This document shows positions 29,066 through 38,522 of a stretch of DNA of 64,000 bases, piece after piece. Under the pieces are notes generated by a model. The model made no database searches and had not been told where the DNA came from. It saw only the letters and a list, made by a program, of their open reading frames with translations. Each line of letters begins with the position of its first letter. Within the stretch, counting starts at the first letter, position 1. A program made the position numbers and the translations under genes. The DNA comes from an uncultured Candidatus Saccharibacteria bacterium (GTDB lineage Bacteria > Patescibacteriota > Minisyncoccia > Phycocordibacterales > GWA1-40-21), in the NCBI GenBank assembly GCA_964605355.1, contig CAZSCE010000001.1, positions 103 through 64,102 on the forward strand, written 5' to 3'.

Positions 29066-29962
29066 TTATATTTTTTGAATGATTCTTAATTTGGCGCTTC
29101 TGGATCTAGGGTTTCTTTTTATTTCCTCTGAACCGGCCGTGATTGGTTTTTTATTTATTAAAATGGCTTTTTTTTCCTTGCTCCAGTCTCTAAAATAATT
29201 TTTCACTATCCTGTCTTCACCGCTATGAAATGAAATGACTGACATCCGCCCAGCAGTACTTAATTTTTCGAAACCTTTGATGAGTCCGTCTCGTAGGGCA
29301 CCCAGTTCATCATTTACTGCCATCCGGATTGCCTGAAAAGTTTTGGTGGCAAAATGAATCTTTCCTCTTTTATAAACAGCTGGAACCGCCTGACTTATAA
29401 TTCCCACTAAATCTCCGGTGGTTTTGATTTCTTTTGCGGCTCTCTCCTCTACTATCTTTTTAGCAATCCTCTTGGCATAACGCTCGTCACCATAACCGTA
29501 AATGATGTCAGCCAGTGTTTCCTCACTCCAATCATTCAAAACGGTTTGCGCAGTTACTACTGGTTTCTCACTTGGTAAAGTGAAAGTCATATAAAGTGGT
29601 TCCTCATTCCGGAAAGAAAATCCGCGGCCGCTTTCATCTAACTGATTAGAACTTAATCCTAGGTCTAAAATTATTCCCTGCACTTTTTCTACTTTCTGAT
29701 CAGCTAAAACCTGATCTATATTTCTATAATCAGAAAGGGTGAGAGTGTAATTAGCCTTGAGATCTTTTAGCCTGGCCTCGGCTCTGGCAAGTGCTTCACT
29801 GTCACGGTCCACGGCAATTATTTTTACGGCCTGACCAAATGTCTGTGCTACATAAGCACTGTGCCCACCACCACCCAGGGTGCCATCAAAAACGGTATCT
29901 CCACTTTTGAGATTAAGTCCGTCTACTGTTTCTTTTAAAAGAACTGTTTCGTGCTGCATCAA
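29066..29962 (-). CDS. rsmH: 16S rRNA m4C1402 methyltransferase
   Basis: HETVL, DGTLGGGGHS, DLGLSS, FQAIRMAVNDE, NPRSRSAKLR. Confidence 0.97.
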   Translation of the reverse strand: MMQHETVLLKETVDGLNLKSGDTVFDGTLGGGGHSAYVAQTFGQAVKIIAVDRDSEALARAEARLKDLKANYTLTLSDYRNIDQVLADQKVEKVQGIILDLGLSSNQLDESGRGFSFRNEEPLYMTFTLPSEKPVVTAQTVLNDWSEETLADIIYGYGDERYAKRIAKKIVEERAAKEIKTTGDLVGIISQAVPAVYKRGKIHFATKTFQAIRMAVNDELGALRDGLIKGFEKLSTAGRMSVISFHSGEDRIVKNYFRDWSKEKKAILINKKPITAGSEEIKRNPRSRSAKLRIIQKI

Positions 29963-29968
29963 ATTTAT

Positions 29969-30403
29969 TTATATGGCGCCCGCGCTACCCAGCTTTTCTG
30001 CTAAACTATCAGCTTCTTTTTCCACCACATTCTTGTAAGCTTTCCAGGCTTCTTCATTCCAGATTTCTACGCGATCCTGCACTCCAATCAGGGCTACTTT
30101 ACCTTTTAAATTTGCACGCTCGGTCAGGAAATCCGGGACCAGCATTCTACCCAGGGCATCCACCTCTACCTCTGTGGCGCTACCAAACATGTAGCGGTTA
30201 AAACTACGATTATCAGCCTTGAGCATATTGGCCTCAGATAATTTGTCAGAAATTTTTCCCCACTGCTTCATAGTGAAAATAAAAAGACAATTGTCCAGTC
30301 CAGAAGTAATCACAATTTTCTTTCCCATTTCTTTACGAAACTTCACCGGCAAGGAGAGCCTTTTTTTATCATCTATCGTGTGAATGTATTCGCCAATTAA
30401 CAT
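29969..30403 (-). CDS. mraZ: transcriptional regulator MraZ
   Basis: IDDKKRLSLP and VDALGRMLVP repeats, IGVQDRVEIW. Confidence 0.97.
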   Translation of the reverse strand: MLIGEYIHTIDDKKRLSLPVKFRKEMGKKIVITSGLDNCLFIFTMKQWGKISDKLSEANMLKADNRSFNRYMFGSATEVEVDALGRMLVPDFLTERANLKGKVALIGVQDRVEIWNEEAWKAYKNVVEKEADSLAEKLGSAGAI

Positions 30404-30473
30404 TTTATTTTTTAAGAATTAATTTATTTAATTTTTCAAATTTAGCTTTGTGTTTTCAGTGTTTTTTCTCTCA

Positions 30474-30554
30474 TACCACTTCATCCCACTTACTTACTAT
30501 TTTATAACACTTCATCCCACTCCACAAGCCAAATATCCACTTAGTTGTGGATAA
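30474..30554 (-). promoter_or_regulatory. putative MraZ operator repeats plus DnaA box
   Basis: minus strand has AGTGGGATGAAGTG twice and further GTGG units; TTATCCACA at 30546-30554. Confidence 0.6.
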
Positions 30555-30616
30555 CTTTTCCTTTCCCAATATAACAAAAAAGCCTTCTGTAAAAAGGCTC
30601 CTTTACTAGGGAATTA

Positions 30617-31015
30617 CTATCGATTCTTTAATTCAATTTCTTCCTTAAGTAGATCAAATTTAATGATAAAATTATCAAAGAACCCGTTCTGTCCAACAAG
30701 CCCAAAAGGCATAACCCTTCCTGACACATCAGGCATAAAACCGGCTTCTATTTTACATGGCCAGCCACCCACCTCAATTTCAATACTATGAAGATAGTAT
30801 GGTGATGATTTGCCCCCTACTCCCGTAACAGCCATCATCTTCCCTTTCATAATGTCTAATCCTAACGCCTCACCAATTTCTGCATCAAAAATACAAAGAT
30901 CTGCACCAGAATCTACTAATACTTCATAAACGATAGAGACGTCACCCTTTTTTAATTTTATTGGTATTACTGGGCGGAGAACGTTATTACCATAACGTTT
31001 ATAATCAAATTTCAC
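30617..31015 (-). CDS. retropepsin-like aspartic protease
   Basis: RPVIPI, LVDSGAD catalytic motif, GLVGQNGFF. Confidence 0.8.
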   Translation of the reverse strand: MKFDYKRYGNNVLRPVIPIKLKKGDVSIVYEVLVDSGADLCIFDAEIGEALGLDIMKGKMMAVTGVGGKSSPYYLHSIEIEVGGWPCKIEAGFMPDVSGRVMPFGLVGQNGFFDNFIIKFDLLKEEIELKNR

Positions 31016-31206
31016 AAAGAGCCAACGAAGGCCGTTAAATTTTCAGGCATTCTGGTTAAAATAGGTTTTTCATCACTTTTTTTAGTTGCCTTTAATAAGG
31101 CTTCTTTTACGGTTTTTCCCACACCAAGAACCGTCACCTCATCTGATGCTAATGCTACCCACATACCCTTGTATTTCTTATATATTTTTGACCAATCTTT
31201 TCTCAT
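31012..31206 (-). CDS. DUF5678-like small protein
   Basis: KYKGMWVAL..V...GKTVKEAL pattern; 4-nt overlap with protease; start moved to ATG 31206. Confidence 0.65.
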   Translation of the reverse strand: MRKDWSKIYKKYKGMWVALASDEVTVLGVGKTVKEALLKATKKSDEKPILTRMPENLTAFVGSL

Positions 31207-31282
31207 ATTTTTAGTATACCACTTCTCACAACGACACGTCAATCGACATGGTGTATTGAGTAAATTAATTGATACTTACCAT

Positions 31283-31897
31283 TTAAACTATTTTTTTTGA
31301 AAACAAACCCCAAACTAAACTTCCATCATTAACTTCCCCAATTTTTTCAAAACCTTTCTTCTGAAAAAAATCTAAAGATTTATTATTCACTATTGGAAAC
31401 TGTAGGATATCACCTATCGCAAAATCATATCCAAGATCTCTGGCTTCAATTAAAAATTTAATTACCAATCTGACACCATAACCTTCTTTACCTGGTAAAA
31501 CCGCCACCTGTCTAATATAAACAATCTTTTCCTTTAAAAAATCACTTGGGACTTTTTCATTTAAAACTACACCTTCTTTCCATGATGACTTTTCCGCAAT
31601 CCAGGTATTCAAATGATAGCCAAGTAAATAACCAATGACTTTTTCACCATCTTTCACTACTAAAAATGTATGGTGTTCCGGATCATCAATTACTCTCTTC
31701 AATTCGTCTCTGGAGGTCTTATATATTAAAAAACCTCTCTCGGAAAGTGAAGGATCCTTGGTTAATTGATCTTTTTCAACAAATACCGTATTTTGTACAT
31801 CAATAACACCTTCAATATCTGATAATTTTGCAACCTCTGGTCTTATGAGTGCGGGGGGTTCTTGAATATTTACTGGATTGAGAGGATTTTCTTCCAT
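31283..31897 (-). CDS. GNAT-family acetyltransferase
   Basis: VIGYL, YIRQVAV..GKEGYG, N..SLDFFQKKGF. Confidence 0.75.
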   Translation of the reverse strand: MEENPLNPVNIQEPPALIRPEVAKLSDIEGVIDVQNTVFVEKDQLTKDPSLSERGFLIYKTSRDELKRVIDDPEHHTFLVVKDGEKVIGYLLGYHLNTWIAEKSSWKEGVVLNEKVPSDFLKEKIVYIRQVAVLPGKEGYGVRLVIKFLIEARDLGYDFAIGDILQFPIVNNKSLDFFQKKGFEKIGEVNDGSLVWGLFSKKIV

Positions 31898-31902
31898 CTT
31901 AT

Positions 31903-32244
31903 TTATAAAAATTTTACGAATTTATTTTGTTTATCAACCAAAATCTGTTTTGGAGTAATTGGATTATCACTTAAAGCAAAAGCCATAATTATTATTTCCT
32001 CTCCTTTTTTGATTAAATGAGCCGCTGCACCATTCATGCAAATAACACCGCTACCAGAAGCGCCTTCTATAACGTAGGTTTCCAATCTTGCCCCACTAGT
32101 ATTACTGACAACCATGACTTTTTCAAAATGACTGAGTCCTACCAAGTCTATAAGGTCTTTATCAATAGTTATACTTCCAATATAAGCCAGATCTGCCTCT
32201 GTTACAGTTGCTTTGTGTATTTTTGCATTAAGAAAAATTCTCAT
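31903..32244 (-). CDS. panD: aspartate 1-decarboxylase
   Basis: KIHKATVT, YIG-SITID self-cleavage site, RLETYVI, NGAAAH. Confidence 0.95.
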   Translation of the reverse strand: MRIFLNAKIHKATVTEADLAYIGSITIDKDLIDLVGLSHFEKVMVVSNTSGARLETYVIEGASGSGVICMNGAAAHLIKKGEEIIIMAFALSDNPITPKQILVDKQNKFVKFL

Positions 32245-32248
32245 AATT

Positions 32249-33709
32249 TTATTTCTTAGGCTTTAAAAGTGGGAAAATTTGGCAGTCACGGACGGGTTTA
32301 TCCATAAGGAAGCTGAAAAGGCGCTCGGAAATACCAAAGCCAAAGGTGGGGGGCATACCGTGCTCTAGGGCCTCCACAAAAGAAGTGTCGTTCATCTGGG
32401 CCTCAAGATCCCCGGCCTCTCGTAATTTAGCTTGATCAGCAAAACGGCCAGCCTGATCCACTGGGTCATTTAATTCTGAGAAACCTTTACCCATTTCTGA
32501 ACCGGCTAATATTATTTGGAATCTCTCCACTAATTCTGGATTCTTTTCCACCCTCTTGGCCAAAGGCTCCATCATCACCGGCACATTTATCAAAAAACCG
32601 GGACCGGCAATCTGTTTACGGCAATATTTCCAAAGGTTATCCACCGCCCTGGTCAAGTTAAAACCGTTCTTGCTATCATACTCCACCTTTAATTCTCGTA
32701 ATTTATTTTCAACCGTTTTTAAATCAGCCTGGCCAATATCCACCCCGGTTTTATCTTTTATAATTTCCGTAAAATCATATATTTCCCACTTCTGGCCTAA
32801 ATCAATATCAAAACCTTTTATTTTAAATTTTAAAGTGTTAAAAGTTTTCTCCGCAATATATTTATACATTTCCTCGGTAAATTTCATCCCCTCTTCATAA
32901 TTTGAATAAGCCTCATAACACTCCATCTGGGTATAATCTTGCAAATGTTCGGCATCCATCCCTTCATTTCTAAAAATCCTACCAATCTCAAATACTTTGG
33001 GAAATCCGGCTACCATCAAGCGCTTTAGCCATAATTCTGGAGAGATACGTAAATAAACATCCATATCCAGGGCATTGTGATGAGTAATAAAAGGTTTGGC
33101 CTCCGCTCCACCGGTGGTGTTTTCTAAAATAGGAGTTTCTACTTCCATAAAACCTTTGTCTAACAAAAACTGACGAGTGGCGGACCAGAATTTGGACCTT
33201 TTTTCTATCATGTCTTTCACCTCGGGATTAAAAATAATATCTAAATATCTTTTGCGTAGCCTCTCTTCTTCATCCTGTAAACCATCCCATTTATCCGGCA
33301 AAGGACGCAAACTTTTGGCTAGCATTTTCCAGCCTACTACCTGTAATGTCTGCTGACCTTTCTTGGTTACAAATAATTTTCCGGTAATTTCCACAAAGTC
33401 ACCAATATCCACTGTGTTTACAAATAAATCAAAAATATCAGCCTCCATCTCATCCTTCTTCAGGAGACCCTGAAAGGTGGCCGTACCATCATTTATATTA
33501 AAGAAAATAATGGCGCCCTGTCCGCGGATAGCCATCACCCGGCCGGCCAAAATAACACTTTTCTTTTCAGTCAGTTTTTCAAAACTTTCTATTACCTCAC
33601 TCAGAAAATATTCTTTGTCAGTTTTAGCTGGAAAAGGATTCAGACCTTTCTCCTGAAGCATTTTCAGCTTATCAATCCGGATTTTTCTTATTTCATCAAT
33701 TGAAGACAT
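32249..33709 (-). CDS. lysS: lysyl-tRNA synthetase class II
   Basis: RYLD, GGAEAKPF, LRISPEL, FRNEG, GMPPT. Confidence 0.97.
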   Translation of the reverse strand: MSSIDEIRKIRIDKLKMLQEKGLNPFPAKTDKEYFLSEVIESFEKLTEKKSVILAGRVMAIRGQGAIIFFNINDGTATFQGLLKKDEMEADIFDLFVNTVDIGDFVEITGKLFVTKKGQQTLQVVGWKMLAKSLRPLPDKWDGLQDEEERLRKRYLDIIFNPEVKDMIEKRSKFWSATRQFLLDKGFMEVETPILENTTGGAEAKPFITHHNALDMDVYLRISPELWLKRLMVAGFPKVFEIGRIFRNEGMDAEHLQDYTQMECYEAYSNYEEGMKFTEEMYKYIAEKTFNTLKFKIKGFDIDLGQKWEIYDFTEIIKDKTGVDIGQADLKTVENKLRELKVEYDSKNGFNLTRAVDNLWKYCRKQIAGPGFLINVPVMMEPLAKRVEKNPELVERFQIILAGSEMGKGFSELNDPVDQAGRFADQAKLREAGDLEAQMNDTSFVEALEHGMPPTFGFGISERLFSFLMDKPVRDCQIFPLLKPKK

Positions 33710-33733
33710 TAGACAAAAATTATATCACATTTA

Positions 33734-34207
33734 TTATTCAATAGTAACCACTTTGTAAGTCATCACACCTACGGGAGAAGTAAAAGTAAATGTCTCCCCT
33801 ACTTTTTTACCTAAAATAGCGGCGCCTAATGGGCTTCTGTTTGAAAGTTTACCCTGAGCCATATCTGTTTCCTCAGAACCAACAATTTTAAATTTCTTAT
33901 GATTTTTATCACCGTGCTTTTCCACAATTACAATAGAACCAATACGCACATGCTCACCGTGAGCAGGCTCGGCTGACATAATAGTGGCGTTCTTTAACAT
34001 GGACTCCAATTTGGCAATTCTGTCCTCAATATTAGCCTGTAATTCCCTGGCCTCATGATATTCGGCATTTTCAGACAAATCACCCAAACCACGAGCATAA
34101 TCAAGGCTTTCTGCTACCTCCTTTCTCTTCACAGTCTTCAGATCCTTCAGCTCATTGTTTAGCTGTTCAAACTTCTCTTTAGTTAAATATTCTCTTTCTT
34201 CTTTCAT
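33734..34207 (-). CDS. greA: transcription elongation factor GreA
   Basis: GDLSENAEY, SPLGAAILG. Confidence 0.97.
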   Translation of the reverse strand: MKEEREYLTKEKFEQLNNELKDLKTVKRKEVAESLDYARGLGDLSENAEYHEARELQANIEDRIAKLESMLKNATIMSAEPAHGEHVRIGSIVIVEKHGDKNHKKFKIVGSEETDMAQGKLSNRSPLGAAILGKKVGETFTFTSPVGVMTYKVVTIE

Positions 34208-34272
34208 TTTAATTTAATGATTAATAAGCTGATATTAACTGGTATCCTAGCATATTTTGCCCAAAAAACAAA

Positions 34273-35988
34273 TTATTTGAGATATTCCGGTTTATTGAGG
34301 GCAATATAATCCATCACTTGACGCATGACAGAGGTGGCACCCATGGTATTAGCCACCGGTCCTTTCTCCATAATAATTACAAAAGCATATTTAGGATTTT
34401 CATACGGAAAAAATCCGGACACCCAGGAATTTATAAACTGTTTATAAACTCCCAATTCAGCGGTACCCGTTTTAGCGGCCACGGAATATTTTGGGGAGTT
34501 TAGTCCCTTGACCACGCCGTAATCTTTTATCACGCCGTCCAGCATACCATCACGCACAATTTTTAAATAATCTTGATTTAAATTTAAATCCTGCACAGAG
34601 TCAGCGGATAATGGCTGATCTAGCAAAACCGTGGGTTCAATTAATTTACCACCATTAGCCAAGGCGGAAACAGCACGCAGGAGTTGAATGGGTGCCACTT
34701 GAAAACCATACTGACCAATAGAGGTGTGATAAGTGTTTCCCACGCGCCAATCCGGATCATCAGGAAAAGTGACCGCTTTCCAATCCGGAGTAGGTATTAC
34801 TCCCGCCGGTCCGGAAAAAAATGGTGAAGTCATAGGTTTTGAAAAACCAAACAGCTTCATATATTTATCAATATTTAAGATACCCAAACCTTTTTGATCT
34901 TCAAAACCACCGCCCACCTCATAAAAATAAACGTCAGAAGAAACCGCGAGGGCTTTTTTCATATCCACATAACCATGCGCCTTCCAGTCTTTAAAAATTG
35001 TTGGCTTGTCCGGATTATAAGGGTTTGGTAATGTCAGCGCCCCACTACTGAAAATATTAGTATAGGGATCAATTATATTTTCATTTTGCGCCGCGTAGGC
35101 CATATATGGCTTTATGGTGGATCCTGGTGTATATAAACCATCAATTATTCTATCCAAAAAAGGATTATTTTTATTACTCAGATAACTATTAATCATGGTT
35201 TTGTTTTGACCGTCAGTGAGAATTTGTGGGCTATATTCCGGATAACTGGTCAACGCTAATATCTGGCCATTAGTAATGTCCATAATCACCCCGGCGCCAC
35301 CGGAAAAGCCGGCATTAGTAGCCAGACTTTTTATCTCTTGGTACATTTTATTCTGAATTCCAGCCACCACAGAAAGCTTTAAGTCTTCACCGTCTACTGG
35401 TGTATGAATAATATTTTCAGATTGCGTTTCCCCCATAGCGTCCACTTCCACAATCCTCCTACCATTCTCACCGGACAAAATATCATTGTAATACTTTTCC
35501 ACTCCGTCTATACCACTAAAAACATCAGAATAATAAAAACCATATTTATCTTTTGATGGATATTTTAAATAACCAAGTAAATGAGCAAAACCATCCAAGG
35601 GAATATATTTACGAAGATCAAAGGCATTATCAATTGTATTTTCACTATTCCAAACCAGCTTTGTTCCCTCCCGGTCATATATCACGCCACGCTTGGCAAA
35701 AATAAGGGAGTTTCTCAGGCGGTTTTTTTCACTTTTAGCAAAATAACCATCACCATTACTAATTTGTAAATTACCAATTCTAAACATAAAAACAACAATG
35801 ATCACCGCCACCACACCAGCTAAAATAAAAATACTACGGCGAGAGATAGATTTCTCCAGCCGGCCTTCAAACTGATTAGTATCAAAGTTTGGTAAATTTT
35901 CCGAGTCAATAAAAATCTCATCCGGATCAATGGCTTTTTCTCGTCTGTCATATTTAATTCCCTGGCGCCTACGGCCAAATCTCATCAT
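34273..35988 (-). CDS. mrdA: penicillin-binding protein 2 (MrdA-like)
   Basis: RGVIYDR, PGSTIK, SSDVYFY, KTGTA. Confidence 0.88.
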   Translation of the reverse strand: MMRFGRRRQGIKYDRREKAIDPDEIFIDSENLPNFDTNQFEGRLEKSISRRSIFILAGVVAVIIVVFMFRIGNLQISNGDGYFAKSEKNRLRNSLIFAKRGVIYDREGTKLVWNSENTIDNAFDLRKYIPLDGFAHLLGYLKYPSKDKYGFYYSDVFSGIDGVEKYYNDILSGENGRRIVEVDAMGETQSENIIHTPVDGEDLKLSVVAGIQNKMYQEIKSLATNAGFSGGAGVIMDITNGQILALTSYPEYSPQILTDGQNKTMINSYLSNKNNPFLDRIIDGLYTPGSTIKPYMAYAAQNENIIDPYTNIFSSGALTLPNPYNPDKPTIFKDWKAHGYVDMKKALAVSSDVYFYEVGGGFEDQKGLGILNIDKYMKLFGFSKPMTSPFFSGPAGVIPTPDWKAVTFPDDPDWRVGNTYHTSIGQYGFQVAPIQLLRAVSALANGGKLIEPTVLLDQPLSADSVQDLNLNQDYLKIVRDGMLDGVIKDYGVVKGLNSPKYSVAAKTGTAELGVYKQFINSWVSGFFPYENPKYAFVIIMEKGPVANTMGATSVMRQVMDYIALNKPEYLK

Positions 35989-36007
35989 AGGAAGATTCTA
36001 ACATTCA

Positions 36008-38017
36008 CTAGGATTTTTTACTAATCAATTTATTTAGTTCTATGAGTTCATCACGGAGGATGGCGGCGGTTTCAAAATCTAGTATTTTTACAGCAGCATT
36101 CAGCTGAATTTCTTTTTGCTTAATAAGTTTTTTAGGATTTTTTAGTACTCCCGGCTGATCAATTCGTAATAATTCCTTGACCGCTTTATCATGTGGGGAC
36201 TTCAGATTCTCCATAATATCATTTATCTTTTTAATAATAGTTTTTGGAGTAATACCGTGTCTGGTATTATAAGCCACCTGGATAGCGCGCCTTCTGTTTG
36301 TCTCATCCATAGCCCGCTTTATAGAACCGGTAATATTATCGGCGTACAAAACCACTTTGCCTTTTACATTTCTGGCGGCCCGGCCAATAATTTGAATCAG
36401 GGAGGTATCACTACGCAAGAAACCTTCTTTATCTGCATCTAAAATACCAATAAATTCTACTTCGGGTAAATCCAAACCTTCACGCAAAAGGTTTACTCCC
36501 ACAATACAATCAAACTTCCCTTTTCGAAAGTCTGTCAAAATACCAATCCGGTCAATTGTTTTTATATCACTGTGTAAATATTCTGCTTTCACACCTTTCG
36601 CTTTCAAATATTCACTGAGATCCTCAGCCATTTTTTTGGTCAAAGTAGTGGCTATCACGCGCCCGCCACCTTTAATCACGGTCTCTGTCTCCGCAATAAA
36701 ATCATAAACCTGGCCTTTATACTTGCCCTTTTCAATTATGCCACGGATTTCCACCTCCGGATCAATAAGACCGGTGGGCCTAATGACTTGCTGTACCACC
36801 TGTTTACTTTTTTCTAATTCATAAGTGCTTGGGGTGGCAGAAGTATAAATTACTTGACCAACTCTCTCCACAAATTCTGGGAATTTTAACGGGCGGTTAT
36901 CACTGGCTGATGGTAAACGAAAACCATGATCAATTAAATTTTTCTTACGGGAAGCATCCCCCGCATACATACCATTTAGTTGTGGCACGGTCACATGTGA
37001 CTCATCAATAATAGTTAAAAAATCTTCAGGAAAATAGGCCAGCAAAGAATCCGGCGGTTCACCCGGCATTTTACCAGAAAAGTGCCTAGAATAATTCTCA
37101 ATACCGTTACAATAACCTACCTCTTTAATTAAAGATAAATCATAACTGGTTCGGCGTTTTAGGCGCTCCGCTTCCAAAATTTTCCCCTCTCTAGTTAATT
37201 TCTTTAACTGACCATCAAGCTCGGCTTTGATACTTGAAATGGCGCGCTTTTTCTCATTTTCGTTGGTAATAAAGTGTTTGGCGGGAAATAAAAAGAAAGT
37301 TTTCTCCTCACTCACTATCCGCCTGGTGATGCCATCAATTTTATAAATAGTTTTAATTTCATCCTCTTGAAAGTCAATTCGGTAAATTAATTTTTCATTC
37401 ACCGGCATAATTTCCAGGGCGTTACCCACGGCGCGGAATTCTCCTGGTTTTAAATCCGTATTATTTCTTTCAAAATGAATATTGATAAATTTACGGATCA
37501 TCTCGGCGCGGGAAATTTGCATCCCCACAGAGATTTTTAAATTTACTTTTTCATATTCGGCCGGAGAACCCAAACCATAAATACAAGAAACTGAAGCCAC
37601 AATAATCACATCTTTCCTAGACAAAAGGGCCTGGGTGCTGGCGTGGCGCAGACGGTCAATCTCTTCGTTGATCATGGCTTCCTTTTCAATATAAGTATCC
37701 GTCACAGGAATATACGCCTCAGGCTGATAATAGTCATAATAAGAAACAAAATAATGAACAGCGTTATGCGGAAAAAATTCCTTATATTCTTGAGCTAATT
37801 GTGCCGCCAGGGTTTTATTATGAGCAATCACCAGGGTAGGCCGTTGAACTTGCTGTATCACATTGGCCACCGTAAAAGTTTTCCCGGATCCGGTTACGCC
37901 TAAAAGAGTCTGATCTTTCAAACCTTTTTTCACCCCTTTTACCAGCTTCTCAATAGCCTCTGGCTGGTCTCCCGCGGGCTTATATTCAGCCTTAATTTTA
38001 AATAAATTCTGTTGCAT
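36008..38017 (-). CDS. uvrB: excinuclease ABC subunit B
   Basis: GVTGSGKT, YYDYYQPEAY beta-hairpin, DESH, C-terminal UVR domain. Confidence 0.98.
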   Translation of the reverse strand: MQQNLFKIKAEYKPAGDQPEAIEKLVKGVKKGLKDQTLLGVTGSGKTFTVANVIQQVQRPTLVIAHNKTLAAQLAQEYKEFFPHNAVHYFVSYYDYYQPEAYIPVTDTYIEKEAMINEEIDRLRHASTQALLSRKDVIIVASVSCIYGLGSPAEYEKVNLKISVGMQISRAEMIRKFINIHFERNNTDLKPGEFRAVGNALEIMPVNEKLIYRIDFQEDEIKTIYKIDGITRRIVSEEKTFFLFPAKHFITNENEKKRAISSIKAELDGQLKKLTREGKILEAERLKRRTSYDLSLIKEVGYCNGIENYSRHFSGKMPGEPPDSLLAYFPEDFLTIIDESHVTVPQLNGMYAGDASRKKNLIDHGFRLPSASDNRPLKFPEFVERVGQVIYTSATPSTYELEKSKQVVQQVIRPTGLIDPEVEIRGIIEKGKYKGQVYDFIAETETVIKGGGRVIATTLTKKMAEDLSEYLKAKGVKAEYLHSDIKTIDRIGILTDFRKGKFDCIVGVNLLREGLDLPEVEFIGILDADKEGFLRSDTSLIQIIGRAARNVKGKVVLYADNITGSIKRAMDETNRRRAIQVAYNTRHGITPKTIIKKINDIMENLKSPHDKAVKELLRIDQPGVLKNPKKLIKQKEIQLNAAVKILDFETAAILRDELIELNKLISKKS

Positions 38018-38101
38018 TTGATTTGTGATTATGATACATTTTGAGAGGAAAAGCAAGAAAGGTTCGTGGCTAAATAAACAACAACATGTGGGGGTTTTAC
38101 A

Positions 38102-38368
38102 ATGCTGCCAATGAATAGACTGGGAGAAATTGCACTGAGAGAACTAAAGATCCAGGCTGCCGATAGTCTCATGGAAGAGCCTCTAACGCCCGAAGTAGCA
38201 GAAAGGGCGGTCCAGGAAATTATAGACGGGAGCCACACCTGGATAACTCGAGGAGTGATGAACTGGGAAGAAGCTCTTGATTTTGCTCTTTATCTCATGC
38301 CAGATGAGGATAGCCGGCTTATGCTATGTCAAGCTATCACAAAAATAACGGGTATAGCCGTCAAATAA
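38102..38368 (+). CDS. orphan hypothetical protein
   Basis: GGGGG SD-like motif upstream; terminator AGCGACCGTG/CACGGTCGCT-T run downstream. Confidence 0.5.
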   Translation: MLPMNRLGEIALRELKIQAADSLMEEPLTPEVAERAVQEIIDGSHTWITRGVMNWEEALDFALYLMPDEDSRLMLCQAITKITGIAVK

Positions 38369-38434
38369 GGAGAGATCGAAACATTGAGCGACCGTGAATG
38401 CCACACGGTCGCTTTTTTTATTCAAAATAAATAC

Positions 38435-38520
38435 AACCCCCTTAATCCCCCTTGTCAGGGGGAGATCAGAAACTCCAGCTTTTCCCCTCCCCTGACAAGG
38501 GGAGGGTTAGGGAGGGGTTT
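38435..38520. repeat. GC-rich palindromic REP-like dispersed repeat
   Basis: AACCCC-cttaat-CCCCCTTGTCAGGGG ... CCCCTGACAAGGGG-agggttag-GGAGGGGTT nested inverted repeats. Confidence 0.65.
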
Positions 38521-38522
38521 TC

